Shown piece after piece: positions 9,532 to 18,366 of a stretch of 64,000 nt of DNA. A program made the position numbers and the translations under genes. The notes beneath the pieces were generated by a model. That model was not told the origin of the DNA, searched no databases, and saw nothing but the letters and a program-made list of their open reading frames with translations. The stretch's first letter is position 1. Each line of letters begins with the position of its first letter. Location of the stretch: the NCBI GenBank assembly GCA_934339365.1, contig CAKRHW010000004.1:36148-100147 (forward strand), in the 5' to 3' direction. This DNA is from an uncultured Lachnospiraceae bacterium. GTDB taxonomy: Bacteria > Bacillota > Clostridia > Lachnospirales > Lachnospiraceae.

Positions 9532-12342
9532 ATGAAGATACTACAAAACAGAGGAAAGAATATTAAGAATCGAATTTTATACCGGATGATAGGAATGTGT
9601 CTGCTTATTGCATGTGGAAGTCTGTTTTTCCCTGTCATTCGTAGTTATGCTACGAATGCTACAGGAGGAAAGCAGGTGGTTCGTGTGGGATATGCAGACA
9701 CATCTGCGTTCTTATACCAGGATAAGGATGGAAAATATGCCGGTGCGGCATACGAATATCTGAGAGCACTTGCAATGTATAATGGCTGGGAATATGAATT
9801 TATTTCCGGAACAGAAGAGGAAGGGACAGACCGGATAAAAAAGGGAGAAGTAGATTTATATCTTCCGATGCGAAAAACAGAGCAGGTGGATGGAGATTTA
9901 TTATATTCGAAGGAAGCATTTTGTGACAGCCAGGTGGTTCTGGTTACGAATGCATCGAAGACGATTGGATATGAAGAATATGAGAAATTAAATGAAATGG
10001 TCATTGGATGCTACGCAGAAAAAGAGGATCAGAAGAAATTAGAAGAGATTCTGAAAAAGAACAACTGCAAAGTGACATTTCGGAATTATCCGGATGGGAA
10101 GAGCCTGGCAGAGGATCTTTCAAATGGAAAGATTGATGCGGCATTAGATAAAAATTCAAGAGAAGTGCAGAATTATAAAGTAGTCAGCAGACTTGGATTA
10201 AAGAATGAATATGTGGTCTGTAAAAAAGAGCATGCAGAGCTGATGCAGGAATTTGAGTCTGCAAAGAAGCAGGTAGAGAATGAGAATCCATATTTGTTTG
10301 CACAATTGGATGAAAAATACCAGAGACAGACAGGAAATTCGATTCTTTCTTTCACAAAAGAAGAAGAGCAGTTTATATCAGAAAATAGAACAGTTAATGT
10401 TGTGTTAGGTCCAGGAGACTATAACAAGAAGTATACGTCAAAAAAGAATGGTTCTGATGCACTGCTAGAACAAATGAGTCAGATATCGGGATTGCATTTC
10501 AAGGTCATCCGGGCAGAGTCGTTAGATGTGATGTTTGAAAAGATTCAAAATGGGCAGGGAGATGTTGTGCTTGCCATGAATAATGATTATCAATGGGCAG
10601 ATGAGAAAAATCTGTGGCTGACACAGAGTTATTTTACACAACAGACCTATGAAGTCAGAAAAAGTACTATGAGTAGGGAAGCGGTAAAAACAATTGCCGT
10701 TACGAAAGGTTCTTACTTAGAAGAACAATTAAAGGAAAAGAAGCAATTTGTAATGATTGAGTGTGAGTCAAATGAAGAGGCTTTTGAAAAAGTATACCAG
10801 GGAGAGGCAGATGCTTTAGTCTGTGCACAATTAGTGGGAGATTATTTTTCTACGAAATCAAAATATTCGAAACTAGACTATGATATTTTAGAGGGACAGT
10901 TAAATGAATATTGTCTTGGAGTATCTAAAAAATGTGATTCGAAGTTCATATCAATTTTTAATAAGACCATTGCAGCTATTCCGAAGGAAGAAGTTCATCA
11001 GATGTTTAGTATCGCCGGAATGGAACAAAAAGTAACATTGGAGGATTATTTTTATGCGAATCCATTTAAGGTTATGTTAATTGCAGTGGCGGTAGTTACG
11101 CTTGTGCTGTTATTTTTAGCAGCAATGGTCATTCTGGTAGTGATGAAAAAGAAAAACCAGCAGTTAGTAAAGGCGAATCGGGCGAAGAAGGACTTTTTAT
11201 CGCACATGAGTCATGAAATGAAGACACCATTAAATGGAATTCGTGGATGTTTAGAATTAACGCAGAATTGTACGGAAGAGGAGAGAAAAGAATATATTCA
11301 GAAGGCATTAGTGTCGGCACAGCACTTAGACGGACTCATTGGAAATGTTTTAGATATGGCAAAAATAGAAAGTGGTAAGATAGAATTACTGAAATCATGG
11401 GTTGGAGTAGAACAGTTGATAAATGAAATCTCTATGGTAATTCAGGAACAGGCACAAAAGAAACATATTTTATATTCGTGTGAAGTGGATGAAATGCAAT
11501 ACTATGAAATCTGGGCAGATAAAGGCAGATTGTACCAGGCGGTGTTGAATCTGCTGATTAATGCAGTCAGATATACACAGGAAGGTGGAAAGGTAGTATT
11601 ACGTGTGGATGCGGAGAAATTAGATGCGACGCATGTCAGGATTACATTTCATGTAATGGATAATGGAATTGGAATGAGTCCGGAATTTGTTCAGGTGGCA
11701 ATGGAACCTTTTTCACAGCAGAGTAAAGAAGAAAGTTTAAGAGGAAGTGGATTAGGACTTGCAATTACCAGGGAAATTGCCAAACTCGCAGGCGGAGAAT
11801 TAAAGATTGAAAGCCAGGAAGGAATAGGAACCAAAGCAGAAATTGTATTCCCAACGGAGATTCGGCTACGGGAAGAAATGCTAGAGAATCTGGTCCCAGA
11901 AAGAAAAAAGGATTATACAGAAAATGATTTAGAAAAGTTAAAGGGAAAACGTGCACTTGTCGTGGAAGATAATGATATTAATGCATTTGTTGCACGAAAA
12001 TATTTACAGGAAATAAACATTGTGACAGAACTTGCGGAAAATGGAAAAGAGGCATTAGAAAAATTTAAGAACTCAGAATTGCATTATTATGATATGATAT
12101 TTATGGATCTCATGATGCCGGTTATGGATGGATTAGAGGCAACGAAGGAGATTCGGAAATTACAACGTGAAGATGCAAAAAACATTCCGATTATAGCGAT
12201 GACTGCCAGTGAATTTGCAGTAGACAGACAGACTTTTGAAGATTGCAGGTTAGATTATCAGCTGAAAAAACCTTATGGAAAGAAAGAACTGTGGAATGCG
12301 ATTGTATTTTGTCAGAATCACCATAAAACAGGAATTTTATAA
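9532..12342 (+). CDS. Hybrid sensor histidine kinase / response regulator with two extracytoplasmic solute-binding-like domains
   Basis: Signal/TM region, then two periplasmic-binding-type regions, then a TM helix. This is followed by HisKA (FLSHMSHEMKTPLNGI), HATPase (GSGLGLAITREIAKLAGG) and a receiver domain (LVVEDNDINA...FMDLMMPVMDG...KP). Confidence 0.85.
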   Translation: MKILQNRGKNIKNRILYRMIGMCLLIACGSLFFPVIRSYATNATGGKQVVRVGYADTSAFLYQDKDGKYAGAAYEYLRALAMYNGWEYEFISGTEEEGTDRIKKGEVDLYLPMRKTEQVDGDLLYSKEAFCDSQVVLVTNASKTIGYEEYEKLNEMVIGCYAEKEDQKKLEEILKKNNCKVTFRNYPDGKSLAEDLSNGKIDAALDKNSREVQNYKVVSRLGLKNEYVVCKKEHAELMQEFESAKKQVENENPYLFAQLDEKYQRQTGNSILSFTKEEEQFISENRTVNVVLGPGDYNKKYTSKKNGSDALLEQMSQISGLHFKVIRAESLDVMFEKIQNGQGDVVLAMNNDYQWADEKNLWLTQSYFTQQTYEVRKSTMSREAVKTIAVTKGSYLEEQLKEKKQFVMIECESNEEAFEKVYQGEADALVCAQLVGDYFSTKSKYSKLDYDILEGQLNEYCLGVSKKCDSKFISIFNKTIAAIPKEEVHQMFSIAGMEQKVTLEDYFYANPFKVMLIAVAVVTLVLLFLAAMVILVVMKKKNQQLVKANRAKKDFLSHMSHEMKTPLNGIRGCLELTQNCTEEERKEYIQKALVSAQHLDGLIGNVLDMAKIESGKIELLKSWVGVEQLINEISMVIQEQAQKKHILYSCEVDEMQYYEIWADKGRLYQAVLNLLINAVRYTQEGGKVVLRVDAEKLDATHVRITFHVMDNGIGMSPEFVQVAMEPFSQQSKEESLRGSGLGLAITREIAKLAGGELKIESQEGIGTKAEIVFPTEIRLREEMLENLVPERKKDYTENDLEKLKGKRALVVEDNDINAFVARKYLQEINIVTELAENGKEALEKFKNSELHYYDMIFMDLMMPVMDGLEATKEIRKLQREDAKNIPIIAMTASEFAVDRQTFEDCRLDYQLKKPYGKKELWNAIVFCQNHHKTGIL

Positions 12343-12354
12343 TTGGAGGAAATC

Positions 12355-12837
12355 ATGGCTAAGGAAAAAGATAATAAGACGAATGTGATGCGTATTTTAG
12401 ATAAAAATAAAATACCATATGAAGCAATTTTTTATGAGTGTGAAGAATTCGTAGATGGAATTCATGTAGCGGATGCGACACATGTGCCACATGAACAGTC
12501 TTTTAAAACATTAACAGCAAAAGGAAAAAGTGGCGAATATTATGTATTTGTTCTCCCAATTGAAGAGGAAGTGAATCTAAAACATGCCGCAAAAGCAGTA
12601 GGAGAAAAATCAGTTGAGCTGCTGCATGTGAAAGATTTGTTAGCCGTTACAGGCTATGTGCGTGGTGGATGCAGTCCGATTGGAATGAAAAAACAGTTTC
12701 AGACAGTCATACATGATTCAGCATTAAAATATGATGAAATCTATGTAAGTGGTGGAAAGGTTGGAACAACGATCAAGCTTTCTCCGAATGATTTAATTAA
12801 AGTATGCCGGGGAAAGTTTGCAGATATTATACAGTAG
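12355..12837 (+). CDS. ybaK: Cys-tRNA(Pro)/Cys-tRNA(Cys) deacylase YbaK/EbsC family
   Basis: Family blocks are TNVMRILD, FKTL, LKHAAKAVG and TGYVRGGCSPIG. GGAGGA precedes the ATG at 12355. Confidence 0.8.
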   Translation: MAKEKDNKTNVMRILDKNKIPYEAIFYECEEFVDGIHVADATHVPHEQSFKTLTAKGKSGEYYVFVLPIEEEVNLKHAAKAVGEKSVELLHVKDLLAVTGYVRGGCSPIGMKKQFQTVIHDSALKYDEIYVSGGKVGTTIKLSPNDLIKVCRGKFADIIQ

Positions 12838-12858
12838 AAGATGAAAGGAGCAGTCAGG

Positions 12859-13035
12859 ATGGAGATTCCGGTGGGAGCAATTATTACAATGAAAAAACAG
12901 CATCCCTGTGGAAGCAAAGAATGGGAAGTACTTCGGACAGGAGCTGATTTTCGTTTGAAATGTATGGGCTGTCAGAGGCAGGTCATGTTGCCAAGAACAC
13001 AGGTAGAGAAGAATATAAAAAAAGTAGTGCAGTAG
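12859..13035 (+). CDS. DUF951 family small protein
   Basis: MKKQHPCGSKEWEVLRTGADFRLKCMGCQRQVMLPR is the conserved DUF951 core. AAAGGAG precedes the ATG at 12859. Confidence 0.75.
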   Translation: MEIPVGAIITMKKQHPCGSKEWEVLRTGADFRLKCMGCQRQVMLPRTQVEKNIKKVVQ

Positions 13036-13078
13036 ATTTTAGATTTTAAAGATCAGGATTTTTGAAGGAGGTTGAGCA

Positions 13079-13777
13079 ATGGCAGCTTTGCTAGAATGCA
13101 GGGATTTATGTAAAAGATATGGAGGATTTCAGGCATTAGAAGATATTAATTTACAGTTACAGCCGGGAAAAATCGTCGGACTGTTAGGACCGAATGGAAG
13201 TGGAAAGACGACATTGATTAAATTGATAAATGGGTTGCTTTCTCCGACTATGGGAGAAATTCTCATTCAGGGAGAGCCGGTTGGAGTGGAAACAAAGAAG
13301 ATAGTGTCGTATCTTCCGGATAAAAATTATCTGAATAACTGGATGAGTGTGAAACAACTGCTCCATTTTATGAAGGATTTTTATGAAGATTTTAATTATA
13401 AAAAGGCACAGGAAATGTTAGGACATTTGCAGATTAGTGAGAATATGAAACTGAAAGCAATGTCAAAAGGAACGAAAGAAAAAGTGCAGCTGGTACTGGT
13501 TATGAGCAGGGATGCACAGTTGTATATTTTAGATGAACCAATTGCAGGAGTGGATCCGGCAGCACGAGATTATATTTTAAATACTATCTTTACGAATTAT
13601 AATCCGGGTGCAACAGTACTTATTTCTACGCATTTAATTGCGGATATTGAGAAGGTATTGAATGAAGTAATTTTTCTGAAACAGGGACACATTGTGTTGC
13701 ATGAAGATGCAAATACACTAAGAGAAAGAGAACAAAAGAGTATAGATGCTTTATTCAGGGAGGTGTTTGCATGCTAG
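13079..13777 (+). CDS. ABC transporter ATP-binding protein
   Basis: Walker A GPNGSGKTT, signature-like MSKGTKEKV and Walker B LYILDEP. Confidence 0.9.
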   Translation: MAALLECRDLCKRYGGFQALEDINLQLQPGKIVGLLGPNGSGKTTLIKLINGLLSPTMGEILIQGEPVGVETKKIVSYLPDKNYLNNWMSVKQLLHFMKDFYEDFNYKKAQEMLGHLQISENMKLKAMSKGTKEKVQLVLVMSRDAQLYILDEPIAGVDPAARDYILNTIFTNYNPGATVLISTHLIADIEKVLNEVIFLKQGHIVLHEDANTLREREQKSIDALFREVFAC

Positions 13778-14553
13778 GTAAGTTATTAAAACATGAATTT
13801 CGTGCAACAGGAAGAATCATGTTGCCATTGTATCTGGTTTGTATTGTGATTTCTGCAACTATTCGAATCAGTGAACAGTTTAAAGGATCAATGAAACTGG
13901 TACAGTCATTCCTTACCCTTATTTATACGTTTGTATTAATTGCAGTTGTTCTGTCGACCTTTTTCATTATGATTTACCGGTTTTGGAAGAATCTGTTAGG
14001 GGAAGAAGGATATTTATCTTTTACACTTCCGGTAACTGCAACACAGCATATTGTATCGAAAGTGATTGTGACGGGAATCTGGTCTGTTTTAGGAACAGTT
14101 GTATTTTTTATTTCGTTGTTTATTATGATTGCAGATGCGAGTACATTGCAGATGGTAAATAAAATATGGGATAATATCGTACAGAGTTTTGCGGGAGTAG
14201 ATACAACAGAATTAAAGATTTTATTGATTGTATGCCTTGTTTTACAGGTATTTATTCAGCCATTATATTTTTATGCAGCGATGGCAGTGGGGCAGCTGGT
14301 AAATAAGTATCGTTCCATTTTATCAATTGGAGCATATCTTTTCCTTAGTATGATTTCGTCTGTGATTTCAAGTGTTTATCTTGTCATTGTTGGTGGAAAT
14401 GGAATGGTAAATGAGCAGGCAGTAAATGCAGAACAGATTACGAGCTACACGTCCATTACATTGTTTGGTTCCATTATTAATCTGGTCATTATGGGAACAT
14501 TTTGCTTTTTTATCACAAAATACATATTAACAAAAAAATTGAATTTACAGTAG
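13771..14553 (+). CDS. ABC-2-type membrane protein (partner of the preceding ATPase)
   Basis: Overlaps the ATPase stop. Multi-TM hydrophobic profile. Confidence 0.7.
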   Translation: MLGKLLKHEFRATGRIMLPLYLVCIVISATIRISEQFKGSMKLVQSFLTLIYTFVLIAVVLSTFFIMIYRFWKNLLGEEGYLSFTLPVTATQHIVSKVIVTGIWSVLGTVVFFISLFIMIADASTLQMVNKIWDNIVQSFAGVDTTELKILLIVCLVLQVFIQPLYFYAAMAVGQLVNKYRSILSIGAYLFLSMISSVISSVYLVIVGGNGMVNEQAVNAEQITSYTSITLFGSIINLVIMGTFCFFITKYILTKKLNLQ

Positions 14554-14696
14554 AACTATGATTTTTTAAAATAGAAACTGTTATATGGTACCGGTCTTCA
14601 AAAGTTTATTTTTTCGTCTGACTTTTGGGGCCGGTACTGTATTTATTCTATGCTTGAAATTATTTAGAAAAGTGGAATGACGAAAGGAAGCGATAG

Positions 14697-15515
14697 ATGA
14701 AGGAAAAAGAAGAATATTTAAGTATAACAGATATGTCGAAATTACGAGGGGTAACAACAGAAACTTTACGACATTATGATAGAATCGGCCTGTTGACACC
14801 GGATTTTGTAAATGAATATAAGGTTCGTTATTATTCTGTTTTGAAATACGAAAAACTTGGGACAATAAAAGAATTAAAGCAGCTAGGGATGAGTCTTAGT
14901 GAAATTAAAGGATATTTTGAAAATAGAAATTGTCAAAGTTCAATGGCACTGTTAGAAAAACAGAAGGAATACATTCAGAATCAAATGAAAACTTTAAAGA
15001 AGCTTCAGGAAAAAATAAATGGGAAGATTCATCTTTTGCATGCTGTTGAAAGCAATGTAAAAATAGACGAAGTATATATCAGACATTTGCCGAAAAGGTA
15101 CTATATTGCATCTGAAAAAAAGGTAAGCAATGAAATCGAACTTTCGTATGAAGCAATGCGACTCGAACAGAAAATATATAAAAAAGAGGAATATGTACCA
15201 ATCTATGCTACGACAAGGTATGGCGGAATATTTTCTTTGCAGGATTCGCATGAAAAATCGGTACAACTTATCATTTTTACAGAGAGTGAGAATGATATAA
15301 GTGATACAAAGGTTTTACCGGAGGGAGAATACTTATGTGTGCAGTCAAGAGGTCCCTTTTGGGAAAGAGAAAAAAGTCTCCAATTATTATATCAGAGTAT
15401 TGAGGAGAATCATTACGAAATAGTAAGATCAATCGTGATAGAGAATGTGCTAATCGATTATACGATTACGGATATGGAAGAAGAGAGACTATTTGAATAT
15501 CAGATTTTGATTTAA
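14697..15515 (+). CDS. MerR-family transcriptional regulator with an effector-binding (GyrI-like) C-terminal domain
   Basis: The N-terminus LSITDMSKLRGVTTETLRHYDRIGLLTP is a MerR HTH, followed by a coiled coil and a ~150-aa C-terminal domain. Confidence 0.8.
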   Translation: MKEKEEYLSITDMSKLRGVTTETLRHYDRIGLLTPDFVNEYKVRYYSVLKYEKLGTIKELKQLGMSLSEIKGYFENRNCQSSMALLEKQKEYIQNQMKTLKKLQEKINGKIHLLHAVESNVKIDEVYIRHLPKRYYIASEKKVSNEIELSYEAMRLEQKIYKKEEYVPIYATTRYGGIFSLQDSHEKSVQLIIFTESENDISDTKVLPEGEYLCVQSRGPFWEREKSLQLLYQSIEENHYEIVRSIVIENVLIDYTITDMEEERLFEYQILI

Positions 15516-15666
15516 CGCTTCCCCTTGCGGGCATAATTTTTGCGGGTATATTAAAAAAGAGATATATGAATAATTACTACTTGCGGTTTGTGTTACACAA
15601 AGCTCTATAATAAAACCAGATTGATCAATCAATATGGATGTATATAGATAGAAATGGAGTGATACG

Positions 15667-16632
15667 ATGTCAGCAAGTAAAGAAAATAAATTTGATGTAA
15701 ATGTTCCTTTGCCTTTTGGAGGAATCGCAACTTTTGGTAAATATCCAAATACAAGAGAACTAGAGAATGTAGATATTGCAATTATGGGAGTTCCATATGA
15801 TGCAGGAGTTACGTATCGATCAGGTGCAAAAATGGGTCCAAGGGGAATGAGAGATGTATCTTATTCAGTAATGAACTTTAATCATAATTGGGATACGGAG
15901 GAGTTTACCCTTGATAAAGCTTGTCCTAATATCATAGATTATGGGGATGTGGGAGTTTCATATGGTTCGAATGCGACTCAGGTGATGTTTCAGGAATCTT
16001 ATGAGCATGCAAAAAGAATTTTAGAATCCGGTGCTAATCTTATGACATTAGGTGGAGATCACACGATACCATATGGTATGGTAAGAGCTGCACATGAGGT
16101 ATATGGAAAATTAGCGTTAGTACATTTTGATTCCCATCAGGATTGCTGGCCAAGCTATGGAAATTATAGTCATGCAAATTTTTCTTATGATTTATGGGAG
16201 GAAGGATGCATTGATGATAAGCATTCGGTTCAGGCTTATATTCGTACCGATTTTCCTATGGATTCTAATATTCCACAGCCGGAATATAATATTATTTTTG
16301 CTCCGGAAGCGTTGAAAATGGGACCGGAGGCATTAGCGAAAAAGATAAAAGAAATTGTTGGTGATATGCCGGTATATTTAACCTTTGATATAGACAGTAT
16401 TGATCCGGCATTTGCACCGGCAACCGGCACACCGGTAATTGGAGGACCAAGTTCGGGTGAGGCATGTCAGGTACTTCGCAACTTAGAAGGAATAAATGTT
16501 GTAGCAGCCGATATTGTTTGTGTAGCACCTACGATGGATTCGCCGGCACAGATAACGAGCTTTGTTGCAGATACAGTCGTACAAAATCTACTATGTTTAC
16601 TTGCAAAAGCACGACTTGCCAGAAAAAAATAA
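15667..16632 (+). CDS. speB: Agmatinase / ureohydrolase family
   Basis: Arginase-family Mn ligand motifs GGDHTIPYG, HFDSHQD and TFDIDSIDPAFAP. Confidence 0.85.
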   Translation: MSASKENKFDVNVPLPFGGIATFGKYPNTRELENVDIAIMGVPYDAGVTYRSGAKMGPRGMRDVSYSVMNFNHNWDTEEFTLDKACPNIIDYGDVGVSYGSNATQVMFQESYEHAKRILESGANLMTLGGDHTIPYGMVRAAHEVYGKLALVHFDSHQDCWPSYGNYSHANFSYDLWEEGCIDDKHSVQAYIRTDFPMDSNIPQPEYNIIFAPEALKMGPEALAKKIKEIVGDMPVYLTFDIDSIDPAFAPATGTPVIGGPSSGEACQVLRNLEGINVVAADIVCVAPTMDSPAQITSFVADTVVQNLLCLLAKARLARKK

Positions 16633-16652
16633 GAGATATGGATTATAAGCCA

Positions 16653-16684
16653 GAGGCGACAATACAATGAAGTATTGCCGCCTC
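16653..16684. terminator. Hairpin between the convergent agmatinase and small ORF
   Basis: 13-bp stem GAGGCGACAATAC / GTATTGCCGCCTC with one mismatch. The U-tracts are weak. Confidence 0.5.
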
Positions 16685-16686
16685 TC

Positions 16687-16905
16687 TTATTGGTTCTCTT
16701 TCTTTTTGTGAATCCGGATTTCCGGAACAGCCACGCTTTCTGTAATGACATCTAAAGTATCATTAGAGGAAGAATCCGCAGCAGTAGAAGAATCGTTTTT
16801 TTGAGCTTCATCAGGATGATTGCCTGTATGAATCTCCGGAATTGCAAGATTGTCATAAGTTAAATTATAATCTTTTTTCTTTTTCTTATTTTTTCGTTGA
16901 AACAT
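16687..16905 (-). CDS. Small hypothetical protein (72 aa, Lys-rich ends, acidic/Ser-rich centre)
   Basis: A good RBS, GAGGTG, lies 7 nt before the ATG. No recognisable domain. Confidence 0.45.
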   Translation of the reverse strand: MFQRKNKKKKKDYNLTYDNLAIPEIHTGNHPDEAQKNDSSTAADSSSNDTLDVITESVAVPEIRIHKKKENQ

Positions 16906-16936
16906 TTTCTTTCACCTCAAATTAAATTTATTCACA

Positions 16937-16994
16937 GGGTCCCAAATTTATAAGCCATATTGTGCAAGCACGAATAGCTTATGAACTTGGGATC
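16937..16994. repeat. Palindromic hairpin element, copy 1 (degenerate)
   Basis: GGGTCCCAAATTTATAAGCCAT-loop-ATAGCTTATGAACTTGGGATC. It shares about 35 nt almost exactly with copy 2. Confidence 0.75.
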
Positions 16995-17112
16995 AGATTT
17001 ACATAAATAAGATGCCTCCGTATTGCTACACAGCAAAGCTGTTCCCGCAATACGGCAAATATTCGGAAACCGCAGATTTACTTCGTAAATCGCTAATTCC
17101 TCATATTTGGGC

Positions 17113-17171
17113 GGGTCCCAAATTTATAAGCCATATTGTGCAAGCACAAATGGCTTATAAACTTTGGACCC
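17113..17171. repeat. Palindromic hairpin element, copy 2 (near-perfect 22-bp stem), just downstream of the gltS stop
   Basis: GGGTCCCAAATTTATAAGCCAT ATTGTGCAAGCACAA ATGGCTTATAAACTTTGGACCC. Confidence 0.8.
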
Positions 17172-17178
17172 TGGCATC

Positions 17179-18366
17179 TTATATAACATTAATAAAGAGT
17201 GTTATGACCAGGCTGTTGATAAAGTCGGCAAACAGGCTTCCTACAAGTGGAATGAGCAGATAGGCTTTTACGGAAGGGGCATATTTGTCGCAGACGGCCT
17301 GCATATTTGCCATTGCGTTTGGAGTTGCTCCCATACCGAAACCGCAGGTTCCTGCAACCAGAACTGCTGCATCGTAATCCCGGCCCATAATATTGAATTC
17401 TATAAAATAAGTAAAGACGCATATGAGAACGACCTGGGCTGTCAGTAAAAGTATGAGAGGCAGGGCAAGGGAAGACAGTTCCCAAAGCTTCAATGTAATC
17501 ATAGCCATTCCTAAAAACAGGGAAAGGCAGATACCACCGAGATCATTGATTTCTCCCATGTGAATGGTGTAGGAACCACTGTATTCGGAAATATTACGAA
17601 TCAATGCAGCGGCAAGCATGGCACCGATATAAATCGGAAATGTCATACCTGTTTTCGTAAGTAAAGCAGAAAAAATAGTTCCTAACCCAATTGCCAGAAT
17701 TAGCTGAAATACTGCATAAGCATACATATTTGTATGACGTTCATGCTTTTTTTCGTCTTCGACTAAAAGACTGTCATCTTCCTGTACAGCGGTGGATAAT
17801 AAATTTCTTTTTTCGATGAGTCTTTTTCCTAATGGTCCACCAACTAAACTTCCGAAAATTAATCCAAAAGTAGCTGCAGCGGTACAGATGGTAGTTGCTC
17901 CTTTGACATTAAAATCCTCTAAAACAGGGCCGAAGGCTCCGGCGGTTCCATGTCCACCAACCATTGGAACGGAGCCGGTACACATACCGACGAGAGGATT
18001 TAAACCGAGTACATGAGATAATCCTACTGCAACCAGATTTTGTGAGACAATTAACGTGATAATCAGCCCGAGAAAAATAATCATAGATTTTCCACCACTT
18101 TTTAGTACCTTAAGATTGGCCTGAAAACCAACGGAGGTAAAGAAAAATACCATGCAGACTTCGCGTAATGTATCATCAAAGGAAAATTCAGCAATTCCTG
18201 TTACGTAGCAGATACAGGTGGTGATTGCAAATAGTAAACCTCCAATTACCGGTGCAGGAATACAAAATTTTTCTAGAAAAGCAATTTTATGTTTTAAAAA
18301 GTTACCAAGCATGAGTACCAGAACAGCAACTGCTAAGGTCTGATACATGTCTAAATGAATTTTCAT
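17179..18366 (-). CDS. gltS: Sodium/glutamate symporter (ESS family)
   Basis: About 395 aa with a 10-12 TM profile. The N-terminus MYQTLAVAVLVLMLGNFLK...PAPVIGGLLFA and the block GGHGTAGAFG are typical of GltS. Confidence 0.85.
   Translation of the reverse strand: MKIHLDMYQTLAVAVLVLMLGNFLKHKIAFLEKFCIPAPVIGGLLFAITTCICYVTGIAEFSFDDTLREVCMVFFFTSVGFQANLKVLKSGGKSMIIFLGLIITLIVSQNLVAVGLSHVLGLNPLVGMCTGSVPMVGGHGTAGAFGPVLEDFNVKGATTICTAAATFGLIFGSLVGGPLGKRLIEKRNLLSTAVQEDDSLLVEDEKKHERHTNMYAYAVFQLILAIGLGTIFSALLTKTGMTFPIYIGAMLAAALIRNISEYSGSYTIHMGEINDLGGICLSLFLGMAMITLKLWELSSLALPLILLLTAQVVLICVFTYFIEFNIMGRDYDAAVLVAGTCGFGMGATPNAMANMQAVCDKYAPSVKAYLLIPLVGSLFADFINSLVITLFINVI

Noticed and set aside
15516-15666. Repeated TTGCGGG/TTGCGGT words upstream of the agmatinase gene, considered as a possible riboswitch or operator
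   Set aside because: Only three short, imperfect copies are present and I could find no supporting secondary structure. The evidence is insufficient.
17012-17485. Short ORFs (83, 94 and 98 aa) around the hairpin repeats and the 3' end of gltS
   Set aside because: They either cross the palindromic elements or lie antisense or out of frame to gltS. None has an RBS.
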